From Macrostomum lignano (Eukaryota), in NCBI GenBank assembly GCA_002269645.1, contig NIVC01003611.1, positions 24,037 through 88,036 of the forward strand: 64,000 bases of DNA, read 5' to 3'. The position numbers were made by a program, and so were the translations under genes. Of this stretch, positions 14,315-27,131 are shown one piece after another (the first letter of the stretch is position 1; every line of letters starts with the position of its first letter). Below the pieces are notes generated by a model, which saw only the letters and a list, made by a program, of their open reading frames with translations, had not been told where the DNA came from and did not search any database.

Positions 14315-16119
14315 GACACCGTCCGTCGACAGCCGCTGGGCGAGGGCGCCGCTTCGACCCGCTGCCGAGGCGGGCTCGCCGCGGAGGAGATAAAAAGAGA
14401 AGGAATTTAAACAGCAGCAGCAGTAGGGCTGCGGCTGCGGTGGTGCCTGCTGATGCTGGCCGGCTTGTCTAGCGCTACATTATTTAGCTGGCGCTGTTTA
14501 GCTAACTGCTGTGCCGCTGTTGCTGCAGCCCCTGACGCAGGCAGCTGCTGTGGTGGCAGGCGGCCGGCGGGGTGTAGCTGAAATGCCCAGACTGGAGTCA
14601 TGTAGGCGGCTTCGGCCCAGCCTTAGGCCATATGCATTTTACATTGCCGACTGGGATTGTACTTGAACTCGTGCATGCAGCCAGGCTTTAGTGAAACAGA
14701 AAGAGAAACTGACAATTAACTCTGCTATACTATATAGGTATAATAAGGCCTGAAGTTCGAGGAGGCGCTACGCCAAGTCAAGCGCACGCTACCGACGCTT
14801 CTCAAAGAGGAGGCGGAGGATGAAAAAAGGGAGGGCGGGAAGGGGGAAGCGGGTTAGCGCTAAACCCTCCGGGGCATTTCTCCCCCCCCCCCCCTGACAC
14901 ACACACACAGCTCTCTCGCCATCCCTTCTCACTGCAGCTTCCCTAGCCGCTCCTCTCTCCTCCAGTAGTTTTATTCTCTGCTCGCCCATCGTCCAGCCAA
15001 TAGGAATCGGCTGGCACCACCAGCTCCAACCCCACTCCCCAGCACCCCCTCCCTTAGCCTCCAAAGCTGAGCTATCTGAGCTACGTCCGGCAAAAGCGCC
15101 GGCCTTCACTCTGCCTCAAGCCTGCTCAATACTAGCCTCACCCGCTCTCCGACTCCCACGGAGAGAGAAAAAAGTGCCTCTGCTAGGCTCGCCTTATCAA
15201 ACGGGGTCCATCAAATTACATGCGAGACCACTGAATCGGTGGGTGTGCGTGCGTGTGTAGGCGATCCGAGCCCCCCACGGCAGCCGCAAACAGTAGAGAA
15301 GACTAAGGAGCTCTCCTTGACTTAAGTTCCTTACTCTCTCCCCCATACCCACCGAGCTATCCACGCATCTCCCTCCTCAGCCTTCTCATCGCTATATATT
15401 TTGCTCCATCTCTCTCCTTTCTTCTCCTGACGGCGTCGAGTTTGGTGTCAGGCGGAGGCTCTCCGCTTCCCTGACTCTCTTCTTCTTCCCAGGTTCCTCC
15501 TCGGCTTCACCTACCCCCCTCCATCCCTATCCGGATCTGCTATTCCTTTAGCCCATCCCAGGCGCATGCAGTTTCGCTTCCCGCTGACTTTCAGGCTGGG
15601 CCCATCCCACTCTCCTCTAACCTAAGCCAGCCCACCCTGCGGTTTGAAAAATGCCCCTACAACTACAAGCTCCGCCTCTCTTAGCCAGGGGCCAGCCAAC
15701 CACACTATGCCGCCATTCCGACCCCCCCCCCTGCACCATCATCCCCTAGAACATTTTCTCACACACACACTTCTCTTCCTAACCCCAACCCCCCTTGAGA
15801 CCTCATTTGTCCCAGCAGCGAGGGGGGGGGCGGCTCCTAACCGCAGGACATGCCCTCTATGAGTAAGTAAATCCCGAGGCGAGCATGCAAAAAGCCTCGA
15901 TCTGCATGCACGCTGCCGCCTCTCACTGAGGTTCTGTATTTTTCGTAATTAATTGATGCAGATAAAAAAACTGATTCATCGTTCTCGTACACAAAAAACT
16001 TATTAACCGCAGTCTGCAGAGGCAGGCAGCACTGCACGAATTAGACTAGTATAAAAAATCCGAGCTTAAAACTGCTCAAAAAGTACCTTTTCTGGTCACT
16101 ATGGATTCCTGCGCACCGC

Positions 16120-16350
16120 AGCAACTGAGGATCTGGGAGGCTGGCCCAGCAGCTGAGGATCTGGGAGGCTGGCCCAGCAGCTGAGGATCTGGGAGGCTGG
16201 CCCAGCAGCTGAGGATCTGGGAGGCTGGCCCAGCAGCTGAGGATTTAGGAGGCTGGCCCAGCAGCTGAGGATCTGGGAGGCTGGCCCAGCAGCTGAGGAT
16301 CTGGGAGGCTGGCCCAGCAGCTGAGGATTTAGGAGGCTGGCCTAGCAACT
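16120..16350. repeat. 28-bp minisatellite GCAGCTGAGGATCTGGGAGGCTGGCCCA, about 8 units
   Basis: Visible; marks the left edge of the AT-rich domain. Confidence 0.95.
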
Positions 16351-16959
16351 ATTCTATATTATAAAATATAATGCTTTTAAAATTTTAATAAAAAGCATAA
16401 AGTTTGTAGCATACTAAAATAAATTAGAAATTTATTTAAAACTATAAACTTAGTCAATTTTAGAAGTCAATAATATATATATTTTTAGGAATATATATAT
16501 ATATATATAGAAAGTAAACATCATAAAAACTATTAAATTAAATAATAAATGCTATAAATATGCATTGAAAAGATAACAATTAGTCTTACTTTACAATGAA
16601 AAGTATTTTAGATGAATAAAAATCACATTTAAAAGCTTTAAACTAGTTTCTACATAGCCTATCATAAGCTATAGAATGCCATAGGATGAAAAAATATAGT
16701 TACTTTTTAGCTCATAATTCTATGCTTTCTATGATTTTTCAAGTAAAATAAATAAAATGTAAAAAGTTTAATGGATAAGAATTTAAACAGAATTTCCTTA
16801 ATTAAATGAGTTTAATTATCAGTTTTGGATAGGAAAGAATAATAACAAGACATTTATAATAAGCCAACAAATGATATAGTTTTGTTAGTTTGAAACCTAT
16901 AAAATAAGGTGTCATTATATTATATTTATACACTGTTTCCTATAAAATTGTTTAGTTTA

Positions 16960-17120
16960 ATAGGGTTACAGCTTAATAGTTAGAGTCTAAGACTTATAAT
17001 CAAAAGATTTGGCATTAGACCCACTATGAACAATGTATGTCCTTGAGCAAGACAATTAACTTTATAAAGCTTTTGTCTACCTAACTGTAAAATGGTTACG
17101 AGCATTAGCTAGGATAATTT
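16960..17120 (+). mobile_element. Degenerate, AT-shifted copy of the same SINE family
   Basis: Colinear with 38845-39000: GTTAGAG, GAACAAT.T.TGTCCTTG.GCAA, CTGTAAAATGG.T...AGCATTAGCT.GG..TAATT. Confidence 0.65.
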
Positions 17121-20100
17121 AGACTATATGATATCTAATTATCTAATATCCATCGTCTATACTCAGGAAAGTGCATATAGAAAATTCTAGTATACAAAAA
17201 AATATATGCAAATTGATGCAAACACTGCAAAGCATAAGCCCAATAGAAATTTTAGCATATTGTGGTATATAGGCCTAGCAAAAGTTGATCAGAAAAATCT
17301 TATAATGGTGTATCCAAAATATGTTATCTATGTATATGAAGTTGCCTTCTTTAGACATGATTCTAAAATAAGGATTATTATAAATAAAAAAGTAATAATT
17401 TATATAGGTAAATATAATAAATATTAAAATTCAAAATTGCATTTATTAGAAAGTTTGAGCTGATACCAATTTTATGATTTTGAATATGATTTGAACTAAA
17501 ATTTTAAGTTTAAAATTATATATACCCAACTACATTGTCTAAAGCTTGGGACTTATTAGTGACAGATCTGAGGATAATTTTGTCATGGCTAGACTTGCAT
17601 ATAAGGTAGGAATATTATAATTTTAGGCCTATTTTGGGCCAACCAAAAAAGTTAAGCCAATTTGCTTACTACTTTAAAAATCCTTTATTTACCACTGGGA
17701 CATATTTGTATATTAAGTAAAGTTGCTCACTTAGCAAGTAAAAATAGAAAGCCAAAAATCAACATATTGATTGTTATGATACATTTTATATGTCAAGGTG
17801 CATTATTTGTCAGGTATATTGTTTAAAATAAGAGAAAGCAATAAATAAAGCAAACTTATACTTATTTGTCAATGTAACTAATGTGACAAAATTTAAATAA
17901 AAGAACATTTAAACATTTTAGCAAACTTTTGAAATTTTAGGCTTTATATCACTTAAGATTGGCAAGATAATTTTCTATTTCATACCACAATGGCTGGCAC
18001 CAAAGGGTATTTTTCCTATTATCAAAATTACATTTGTTAGTTATCAAAACAATTAACATTGAAATGGCTCATTATTTAAATAATTATAATCTATGCACTT
18101 AGCATATAATTAGGCCCATATCAGATAGTGAGATCCCTATTGCACAATGTATTAATGAATATATTAAAAAAAGATTTTTTGTTTATCTTGTTTATATCCT
18201 AAATGTTAAATTTTGTAAATATTATATTTTATAGCTTTATGGGTTAGTATGGCATAGAAATAGTGCTAGAGCACATGAAGCATATAGCCGCCATAGTCAG
18301 GAAGATGTCTTGTATGTCAGAATTTTCTGGTGTGCATTAGCACTTCATAGTTCATTGGCATGCATATTTGGCATGCTTGAATCTTAAAAAGTTATATTTT
18401 GCAAACAAAAAGTTATATACAAAGCTATTTGAATGTAGGTTCAAGTATCTTCCAGTTTCTATAACAAAAGCCATCAAAAGGTAAAATATTTCAAAGAAAA
18501 AAGTAAGTGGTTAAAAAGTGATAGGTGCAGATATTAATTAAATGTGATAGCATTCTTTCAGTTTATAAGTACATTATAAGAATGTATCATGTCTATTATT
18601 CCTTTATAACAACTTGCAATCACACAAAGTTTTAGTATCTAAATTCTATAAAATAGCAATTCTATATTGCAGAAAACCTTCTATTTTGCCAGTTTCAATT
18701 TATGATCACCTTATATTTTGCTCATTGCAGTGCAAAAATGGTATGTTCAAAACTAAAAAAACTAAAAATACACAAAATAGAAAGTGCAGTTTGTTAAATG
18801 ATACTTATATATTAGTTTTGGTATACGATCAATTGAATGTGTAATGCATATAGAAATAATTATAAACCAAAGCTGGGTTAAAATTAATATTATATGTAAT
18901 GCACATGCACTTAGGGTTAAGGTAATATTGCCAGCTTTGGTTTGCAATCATTTCAGTGGAATGCATGTGTAGAAATGATTGTAAACCAAAGGTGAAAAAG
19001 AGCAAAGGTGAGGGAGGATTTCAATGCCTTTGATCTGGAATGAATAGCAATTTTCTGCATGTGACTATTTATCATATTTGACATGCTTTCCTATAGCCAG
19101 CTTTGGTTTACAATCATTTTAATGGGAAAGATATATTTGGGTGATCATAAACTGAATGTGATATATAAGCTACTAGCTCAAACTTGCTACTTGACACATG
19201 GGACTACTAGACACCCTTTCCTACAGCCAGCTTTGGTTCACAATCATTTTAATGGGAAACGTACATTTGGATGATTGTAAACTAAAGGTGATATATAAGC
19301 TAGAATAACCTTACCATCCTTTGAAATTAACAGAGTTAGTTTGCCAACTTTTTATTTCTTTTCATTTGAAACCATTGTTGGTTTTTGTCTATTTTAAGTG
19401 GGTGATTGTCACTGTTTGAGGTGATTGTAAACCAAACGAATGCAAATGTGATAGTGCTATTTTATTAGACATGATAAATTTTTATAATGACTTACAAATG
19501 TCAAATGTTACAATCAAAAAAGGTCCTTTATTGTTGCAACATAATTTATTTTATTGTTGTAGCAAAAGTAAGGTAAAAGTAAGGTCACAATTTTGAAGCT
19601 TTGATATACCAATTTTTTGCATACTTGGTATACACTTAACTAAAATTTTGCCCAAAAACTGGCATATACTAGACTCTAGATACTTTCCTGACAATGGCAT
19701 ATATTATAAGTTAATATATAGAGATTATCTTCTATAAATATATTCTAGTACATGCTTTGTCATCTACCTACTATTATAATAAATAACTGTGGTTTCCAAT
19801 TCATTTGCCTACTAACAGTTTGTTTGTTAAATAGATAAAAAGCCTTTTTTTACTTTTTGTCTATTAGAAGATAGGAGTAAGGAGCCATTGTATCCTTGTT
19901 AGTATTATTAAAATGCTATAGATTAAATCATTTTAACAAACTATTTTAAAATATTATATATAAAACTTACAGAAAGAATAATACTAATAGACTTGACTAG
20001 CAATCTACACCCCCATTTAAACCCTAAATTTAATATTTTGTCCATGAGTTTTTGCATGACACTTCCATGATAAATATTTTTAATAAGCTACATGAGCTAA

Positions 20101-20498
20101 GTTATAAGCTACTCTAAACCAATGGAACCAAAACTTTTGAAAAATTTATAAAGATAAAAATATCAATAAATTGCTTTCTTATTCAACAATTTATAGATGC
20201 AAGATGTATAATTTCAAATCAAACATTGCATACAATGTCTCCTTTCTCTAAATCCTTTTCAAATGCCAATAATAATACTATGCATAAATGGCAAATATAC
20301 ATAAACTGCAAATAAAGTGTAAATCATTCTATTTAAAGAAATCAACCCTTGTAACATTTAAACAATATCAACAGATTGTTGGGCAGCTACCACCTTACCC
20401 TACATTTTTGGTATCTAGTCAATCCAGTGACAAGACAATCTAGCAACAGTCAAATGGCAATAGTCAATCCGGGAACAATTTGTAATAAAAAGCTATTA

Positions 20499-20762
20499 GG
20501 GCCTTTTTATATTACCAATTCCAGAACCAGAATCAGTTTGGAATTCCAAGAAAAATAGCAGTATAACGATTAAACTCTGTTAATATTTGACTGCTTTAAC
20601 AACCTAACTTAGCACAATTTTTCATTTTTTTCTTGGTGATTGTCATTTAATAATAAAAACTTTATAGCACACACACACTCTCTCTCTAGTTATAGAGACA
20701 AAAAGTATACTTCACAAATTGGCTCTGGTTCTGGAATCAAAGCAAGCAATATGAAAAGGCCC
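20499..20762. mobile_element. PIF/Harbinger-type MITE, copy 1
   Basis: TIR GGGCCTTTT(T/C)ATATT...AATATGAAAAGGCCC; TTA on both flanks (3-bp TSD). Confidence 0.7.
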
Positions 20763-20971
20763 TTATATGTAAACCAGCTATTATTATTTAAACAGATTAG
20801 AGAGAGCTTTCATTGTAATAATTATTATATTAATTGTTTATTGCCATTATTATTATGTATTTTTTATTAGAATGTATGCAAAAAGTTCCAAGAATTGGAA
20901 TTTAGCAAGTTCAAAATGTGCAGATTTCAATCAACTAGGTCTGGTCTATCAATAGCTTATTTGCTTATAAT

Positions 20972-21234
20972 GGGCCTTTTTATATTGCTTGTTCTGGTTC
21001 TAGAACCAAAACCAATTTGTGAAATATAACCTTTTGTCTCCATAACTAAAGGGAGATACCTGCTATAAAGTTTTTATTATTGAATGACAATCGCCAAGAA
21101 GAGAGTGAAAAATTGTACAAAGTAGGGCTGTTAAGGCAGTCAAACATTCAACAGAATTAAATAGTTATACTGCTGTTTTTCTTGGAAGATCTAAAACCAA
21201 GTCTGATTCTGGAATTGGTAATATGAAAAGCCTC
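20972..21234. mobile_element. PIF/Harbinger-type MITE, copy 2 (inverted relative to copy 1)
   Basis: Reverse complement aligns along the whole of 20499-20762; AAT on both flanks; right TIR degenerate. Confidence 0.65.
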
Positions 21235-22194
21235 AATGATAATATATGTATATATATGTATATATTGATTAAAAAATAGGAAACCAAACTAAAATTATAC
21301 ATTCTTTATTTTCATTAAAGGCCACATGTGCACTAGTTTTTCATCTATAGATACATTATTATATTAAAATGCATTTGATGTGACAGCCTAAACTATGAAA
21401 AGTATGGACATAATGTATTAGTATCATTTTTATTAGAGAAGATACTGGGTGTCCTAAAGTTAATTATCTACATGTAAAATTAAAAAATAGAGTTCATATA
21501 AAGTTTTGGTTATATTTATCATGTGTAAAATCTATAATACAAAATATGTTGCCATATTTTCTGTCACCAATTTGATTGTTGCTGGATCATCTTGTTACTA
21601 GTTGGTCTGGAAGCCACATTTTCACCCTTATTTCCTAGCAGATAAACAGTTTTAGAAAGAAAAAAAACTGTTCATTTGTTTAGCACAGCATACACTACAT
21701 ACTATATCATACAAACTGTCAGTGGACAAAATGACTATCACTGGCACACATATAATTGTTATCAATTGCTAATAAATTTGTCAATACCAACTAATTCTAA
21801 TTTTAATTTTATTTACACTCATTTGAAAGTGTAAATAGGTTATTCATTTTCTTAAGACAAAGCATTTTTGGGCATTTTGCTATTGATCAAACTATATGAG
21901 TATGAATTACCTAGTTTAGTTAGTTACTAGGCTATGGGGATATCATAGGCTATGGGGATATCATAGCTATGCCCTAGCCTAGTAACTAATTTTAATATAA
22001 AACCAAAACGAATAAATATAAAAGGTTATAATGATATCAAAATTCTAAATATCAGTAATAGAAGTAACTTATCAATAAATAAAAGAAAAATTTTTATTAT
22101 TTAAATTCTTATTTAAACTATTTTTTTTAGTAGTACTAAGTTTGGCTCAGGCAAGAAGCCTGTTTGGCTAGTATATGTCAGTGATTAATAAATA

Positions 22195-22539
22195 ATGAGC
22201 TACTCATCATTGAGCAAGGCTCAGCTTAGCTTTGAGTATTTGCATACAAATTCGTAAGTTTTCTTTGTTTTACATTTCTATAAACAATTAAGGCTTTAAA
22301 TGTAATTTAATTTAAGGCAGGTCTGTTTTAAACTGTTTATACAACTATTGAATTTTAGAACTACTCATGAGTTTCTTTTTGGTGCCATTGCTGAGCTAAT
22401 TGACAATGCCAGGTGAGTGTATTGGCTTCTGCCTTATCTTCATTGAAGTTCCTATCTTGATAAATAATTTCAATGTATTGTTTAATCACATATTTCTTTT
22501 GTAGAGATGCTCATGCAACTGAGTTGGACATCTTTACAG
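22195..22539 (+). other. MORC2: Duplicate copy of MORC2 coding exons 1-3 (22195-22253, 22359-22412, 22505-22539) with intact splice sites
   Basis: 22194-22656 is near-identical to 27131-27592; the ATG, exon sequences and GT/AG sites are preserved. It is either an alternative 5' end or a non-functional partial duplicate. Confidence 0.85.
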
Positions 22540-25299
22540 GTTTGTGCCTTTCTGTTCAATACTTCTTTTTCTTACATCGCATCATTACTCCATATTAAGC
22601 AAGGAATTTTTAGGCCTTTTTGACAGCTTATGCTTATAGTTTCTTATGACATGAAAAATTTTTATTATTTAAATTCTTATTTAAACTATTTTTTTTAGTA
22701 GTACTAAGTTTGGCTCAGGCAAGAAGCCTGTTTGGCCAGTATATGTCAGTGTATTTAATATTAATATTATTTCGATAGAATGGGATCTGTGCGGCGAGTT
22801 TTACAATAATATAGTATTTGAAAGGGCGCCAATTTTTTTTTCTACGAAACTTCAAAAATCTTTAACGGCAAACAAAGCAAAAAGTATTTAAGTAAGGAAT
22901 TAAAAGACAAGTATGGTGTCACTTGAATTCGTAGGTGATAAAAATAAGTTTATATGTATTAATCAGACAAAAAATCAGATGAAAGGATTGCTGGCAATTA
23001 TTAGGCATTATTTAAATTATTTAAAATTATTATTAAAAATTATTTAAACTATTTAAAAAATTATTTAAATTCTTATTAAAATTATTAGATAAATAATATC
23101 AATAAAATAAAACTAGGGCCTATTTTTATTGAATGAATGAAGGGGATTCATAAAACTCTATATATTCTAAGTAATTCTAATTTCTAAGTTCTATATTCTA
23201 AGAAAGTTTTGCATTTGAAACAAGTGAAAATACGCTAGAATCAATAGTTGTGTTAATAAATGTAAAAAAGCATTGCATATAACGATTTTCATGTTATATC
23301 TAATTTACCAAAAGTTTAGTAAGATGTTAATAAAAATTTGGTTTAGTGGTTAAAAAAATCAAATCGGAGTTATTAATTATTAAACCAATGTACGCTGCTT
23401 ATAAATTACAGATTTCGTGGTTTTTTAGTTTTAAGTTATCAGTCAAATAATCAGGCATTATATGTCATTTGCCAAGGCCCAGTGATTAGTGAATGAAGTT
23501 TAAAGAATTTTTTATTATATAAGACTGCTAATGATAAATAAGAAAAAAATAGCTCAAATCTTTAAGCATGGGTTTCGCGGCAGATAATCATAAATCAAGT
23601 CCTGTCATGTCCATTCAGTGATTCAGAATGATCGTTTGCGTATTGACGTATTGCATCCTTTAGGCCTATCAGTCGGGAAAACCACATATCAAACCTAGAT
23701 GTATTCAAATGCATGGAATTTATGCAACAGTCAATTGTGCTTAGTTCTTGTTTTTCTCTTGCTGGTTTTAGTTGGTCAGAAGACTCAAGTAATTTTTTAT
23801 AAGTAAATAACTTTGCATCTTGTCTATTGTATCTATGTTGTATTATATTATCTATACAATTTATAATTGTATTGTAATTGTAATCTTCTCTATAACTCTA
23901 TATACATACCTACAAACTAGGCCTATAGTTCATTAAAAAACCTAATCTTAATTCCCAAATCCCAATCAATAAGGCATTTTATTTCATATCTAGTCTAATG
24001 CCAAACTGATTTGATTTTTTTCAAAGCATAGGTAATTGAATTTTTTAATAATTAGATAGACCAAGTAATGTGTATTCGTAAGTTGGCTTGTTCCATCTAA
24101 TTGTATATTTGTGTTAACAATCCATATCACCAAGTACCATTGATGGCCCCCACTTTAAAAGAGAAGCATGGCCTATATTATAGGATATTTAATCATTATT
24201 CTTACTCAATACTAGGCCTAATTGGATTCTTATTTTTTAAATTCTTTTTTTGTATATTATAGGGAGATTTGTTTAATCATTTGTTAGGCTTATAATCAAT
24301 TAATTAGGCCTACAAATCTATAATCAATTTTAGATCTTTCATTTGACCTAATCTATATAACTAAAGTTGACTATGTCTATTTGTTTGTTTGTTTGTTTGT
24401 AAAGTTCACATTTTAGAATGAACCACAAGACCAATCTTCACAGGACTTGCACTGTTAGCTTGCAAATTTTCTGGCGGTGATGTGGAAGATTTTGCTAGAA
24501 TTTCTGATAATGCCAAGGATGTTTAATTAGCAAAAAACTACTTTTTGCCACGGAATTTCCGTGGTCAGTTGAAAAAAAGGCTTCTTGACTGCCAATTTGG
24601 CTGACTTGATTGAGGTTGCATTAGCAATCTGGCCTATCTCTCAAGTGTATTTTATTTAGCTAGGCTGATTTGTGTGCAGAAAGGAATGGGGGTTCATTGG
24701 CTCACTTGGTAATGTGCAAAGGCATGTGTATCCCTGGCTGCAGGGCAGTATCAAAATTTAGCTTTGGCAATGGTTGGGAAGAGAAATTCAATGATTTATT
24801 TTGCAGGCCTTCAAGTGTAGCTGTGATTTTCATTTGTTGATTGTGCTTTGAGTTTTTTAGATTGAAGTGAGATTATTATATTGCCTGAAAGAGCTTGAAA
24901 TGATGAACATAAGGATATAATTTTATTGCTTCAAATCTGAAAATCAGAAGCACAGCACTAAAAAGAAGATTGGCTTGAACAATGTACTGTGTATATTGTT
25001 GGCTGGGGGCCAATTGAAAATGGACAGCTGTGTACACTGTTGGGGCAGGGAAAGAGAGTTGAACTCAAATGCAATTATCAATTGCAAGGCCTCTGGGTTT
25101 GGGGACTCAAATTTGTACACACAAAATATTTTGTATATTTCTCTTAATAAGGTGGGAACTGGGCACAACAGGAGTTCTTGACCAATGATTTAATTTGGTC
25201 AAGGTGCCATGAATGATTATTCAATCAGAACTTTAACAAGCTGCTTTTCATCCAAACTACTATTTAGTTCATATGACTGTCTATGAAACTTATAAACTG

Positions 25300-26015
25300 T
25301 TCAAAGTTGGTTTTCACTATTGAAAATTGGTTTTCACAATTCAAAGTGCATTTTGGAGCATCAACGTTTTGACTATTTGAAGTTGGTTTTGACTATTCAA
25401 AGTTGGTTTTGACTATTTGAAGTTGGTTTTTGACTATTTGATGTTGGTTTTCACTATTTGAAGTGTGTTTTGAAGCATAAGAAGTTGGTTTTGACTATTC
25501 AAAGTTGTTTTTTTGACTATTTGAAGTCAGTTTTGACTATTCGGAGCATTCAAAGTCAGTTTTAACTATTCAAAGTTTGTTTTGGCCATTTGAAGTTCAC
25601 TCATTGGTGTCGTTGTGTGCTGCTTCTTACTGCTTGATCTGTCTGTCTTCCAGCAGGTTGTCCCTGCTTGATCTGTCTGCTTTATTGTAGGCTTTTTCTG
25701 CTTGATCTGTCTGTCTTCTAGTGGGTTATCATTGCTTGATCTGTCTATCTTCTAGTGGGCTGTCTCTGCTTGATTGGTTTGTCTTCTAGCAGGCTGTCTT
25801 TGCTTGATCTGTCTGACTTCTAGTGGGCTGTCATTGCTTGATCTGTCTGTCTTCTAGCGGGTTGTCTCTGCTTGATTGGTCTATCTTCTAGCGGGCTGTC
25901 TCTGCTTGATCTGTCTGTCTTCTAGTGGGCTGTCTCTGCTTGATCTGTCTGTCTTCTAGCAGGCATTCTCTGCTTGATCTGTCTGTCTTCTAGCGGGCAG
26001 TCTCTGCTTGATTGA
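25300..26015. repeat. Degenerate ~20-bp array (AAGTTGGTTTTGACTATTCA, 25300-25590) followed by a 34-bp array (TGCTTGATCTGTCTGTCTTCTAGCGGGCTGTCTC, 25630-26015)
   Basis: Visible. Confidence 0.85.
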
Positions 26016-27131
26016 TGATTGATGCTGCAAGGTGTCTATGGGTGATGTTGCCAGGTTTGGTGCAGTTTGAAAACTGTCTGTGTCCCGCAAAGTGGGTTTT
26101 CCTGCTAGTCCAATCTATATTTTAATTTCTATATCTCATATCATAAGATATATAGAAGTAGAAAATACTTAGCATGTAAAGCCCTATCTATGGCATGGGC
26201 ATTTAAATTCAAAATTCAAAAATAAAAAATATTTAAAAACATTTTTGAGTATTTTATCTATTTACAAACAATTTTTTTCTTTTAAAATTTATATAGGCCT
26301 AAGCATACTAAGCCCCCATGGTAAGTACCTAAGCAAAAAGTCAAATATAAAAAGCATTAAAAATATTGTTCTTCAACTATTTGACTTATTTTCAATTGGT
26401 ATAAATTTTATATACCAATTAATTATGAATTAATTAGGCCCATTAACTATTGTCCCTATCTTTGCCAATCATTACTTACTATATATTAAAAGTCAATAAA
26501 AACATAACAATTAAACTGGAGTTTTCAATTGGGATTGTGTAAAGGGTCTTAAAACTCTTTAGCTTTATTGTTAATATACATTCTACAGTATACATTGGCC
26601 TAGAAGAGATATAAATGGTTAAACTAAATAATTCAATTTAGTAATAAAGTGCCCATTGAAGGCATTAAAAATAGGTTTTTGAATATTTGACCCATTTCCA
26701 ATTAAAATTTTCCATCAAAAAAGTTATACATTATTGTCAAAGAATTACACTTTTTAAAGCTAATTTGAAACAAATTGGTCAATTGTGAAATAGGAAGCAA
26801 CTTATCATTTGTCAAAGTTTATTATTTTTCCAACAAAGTCTATATGTCTTCTTTATTTCTACTTTTTTAGATTAGAGGGGCAAATATAAAGATTTTGCTA
26901 TTGTTTTGTCTACCTTTTTATTGATGTTTAAGATGGCAAATAGCACTTATAATTTTGATATATAAAATAGCATAGGATGCTATCTAGAATCAATATAAAA
27001 GTTATTTTATAAAATTTTAATATTATTGAAAAAATATTTTTTCACCTATTTAGTACATATTTATATTTATAATTAATATTGCAAATCAAAAAAACAAATT
27101 GCATGGTTTAATAAACAAAAACTACATTCCA

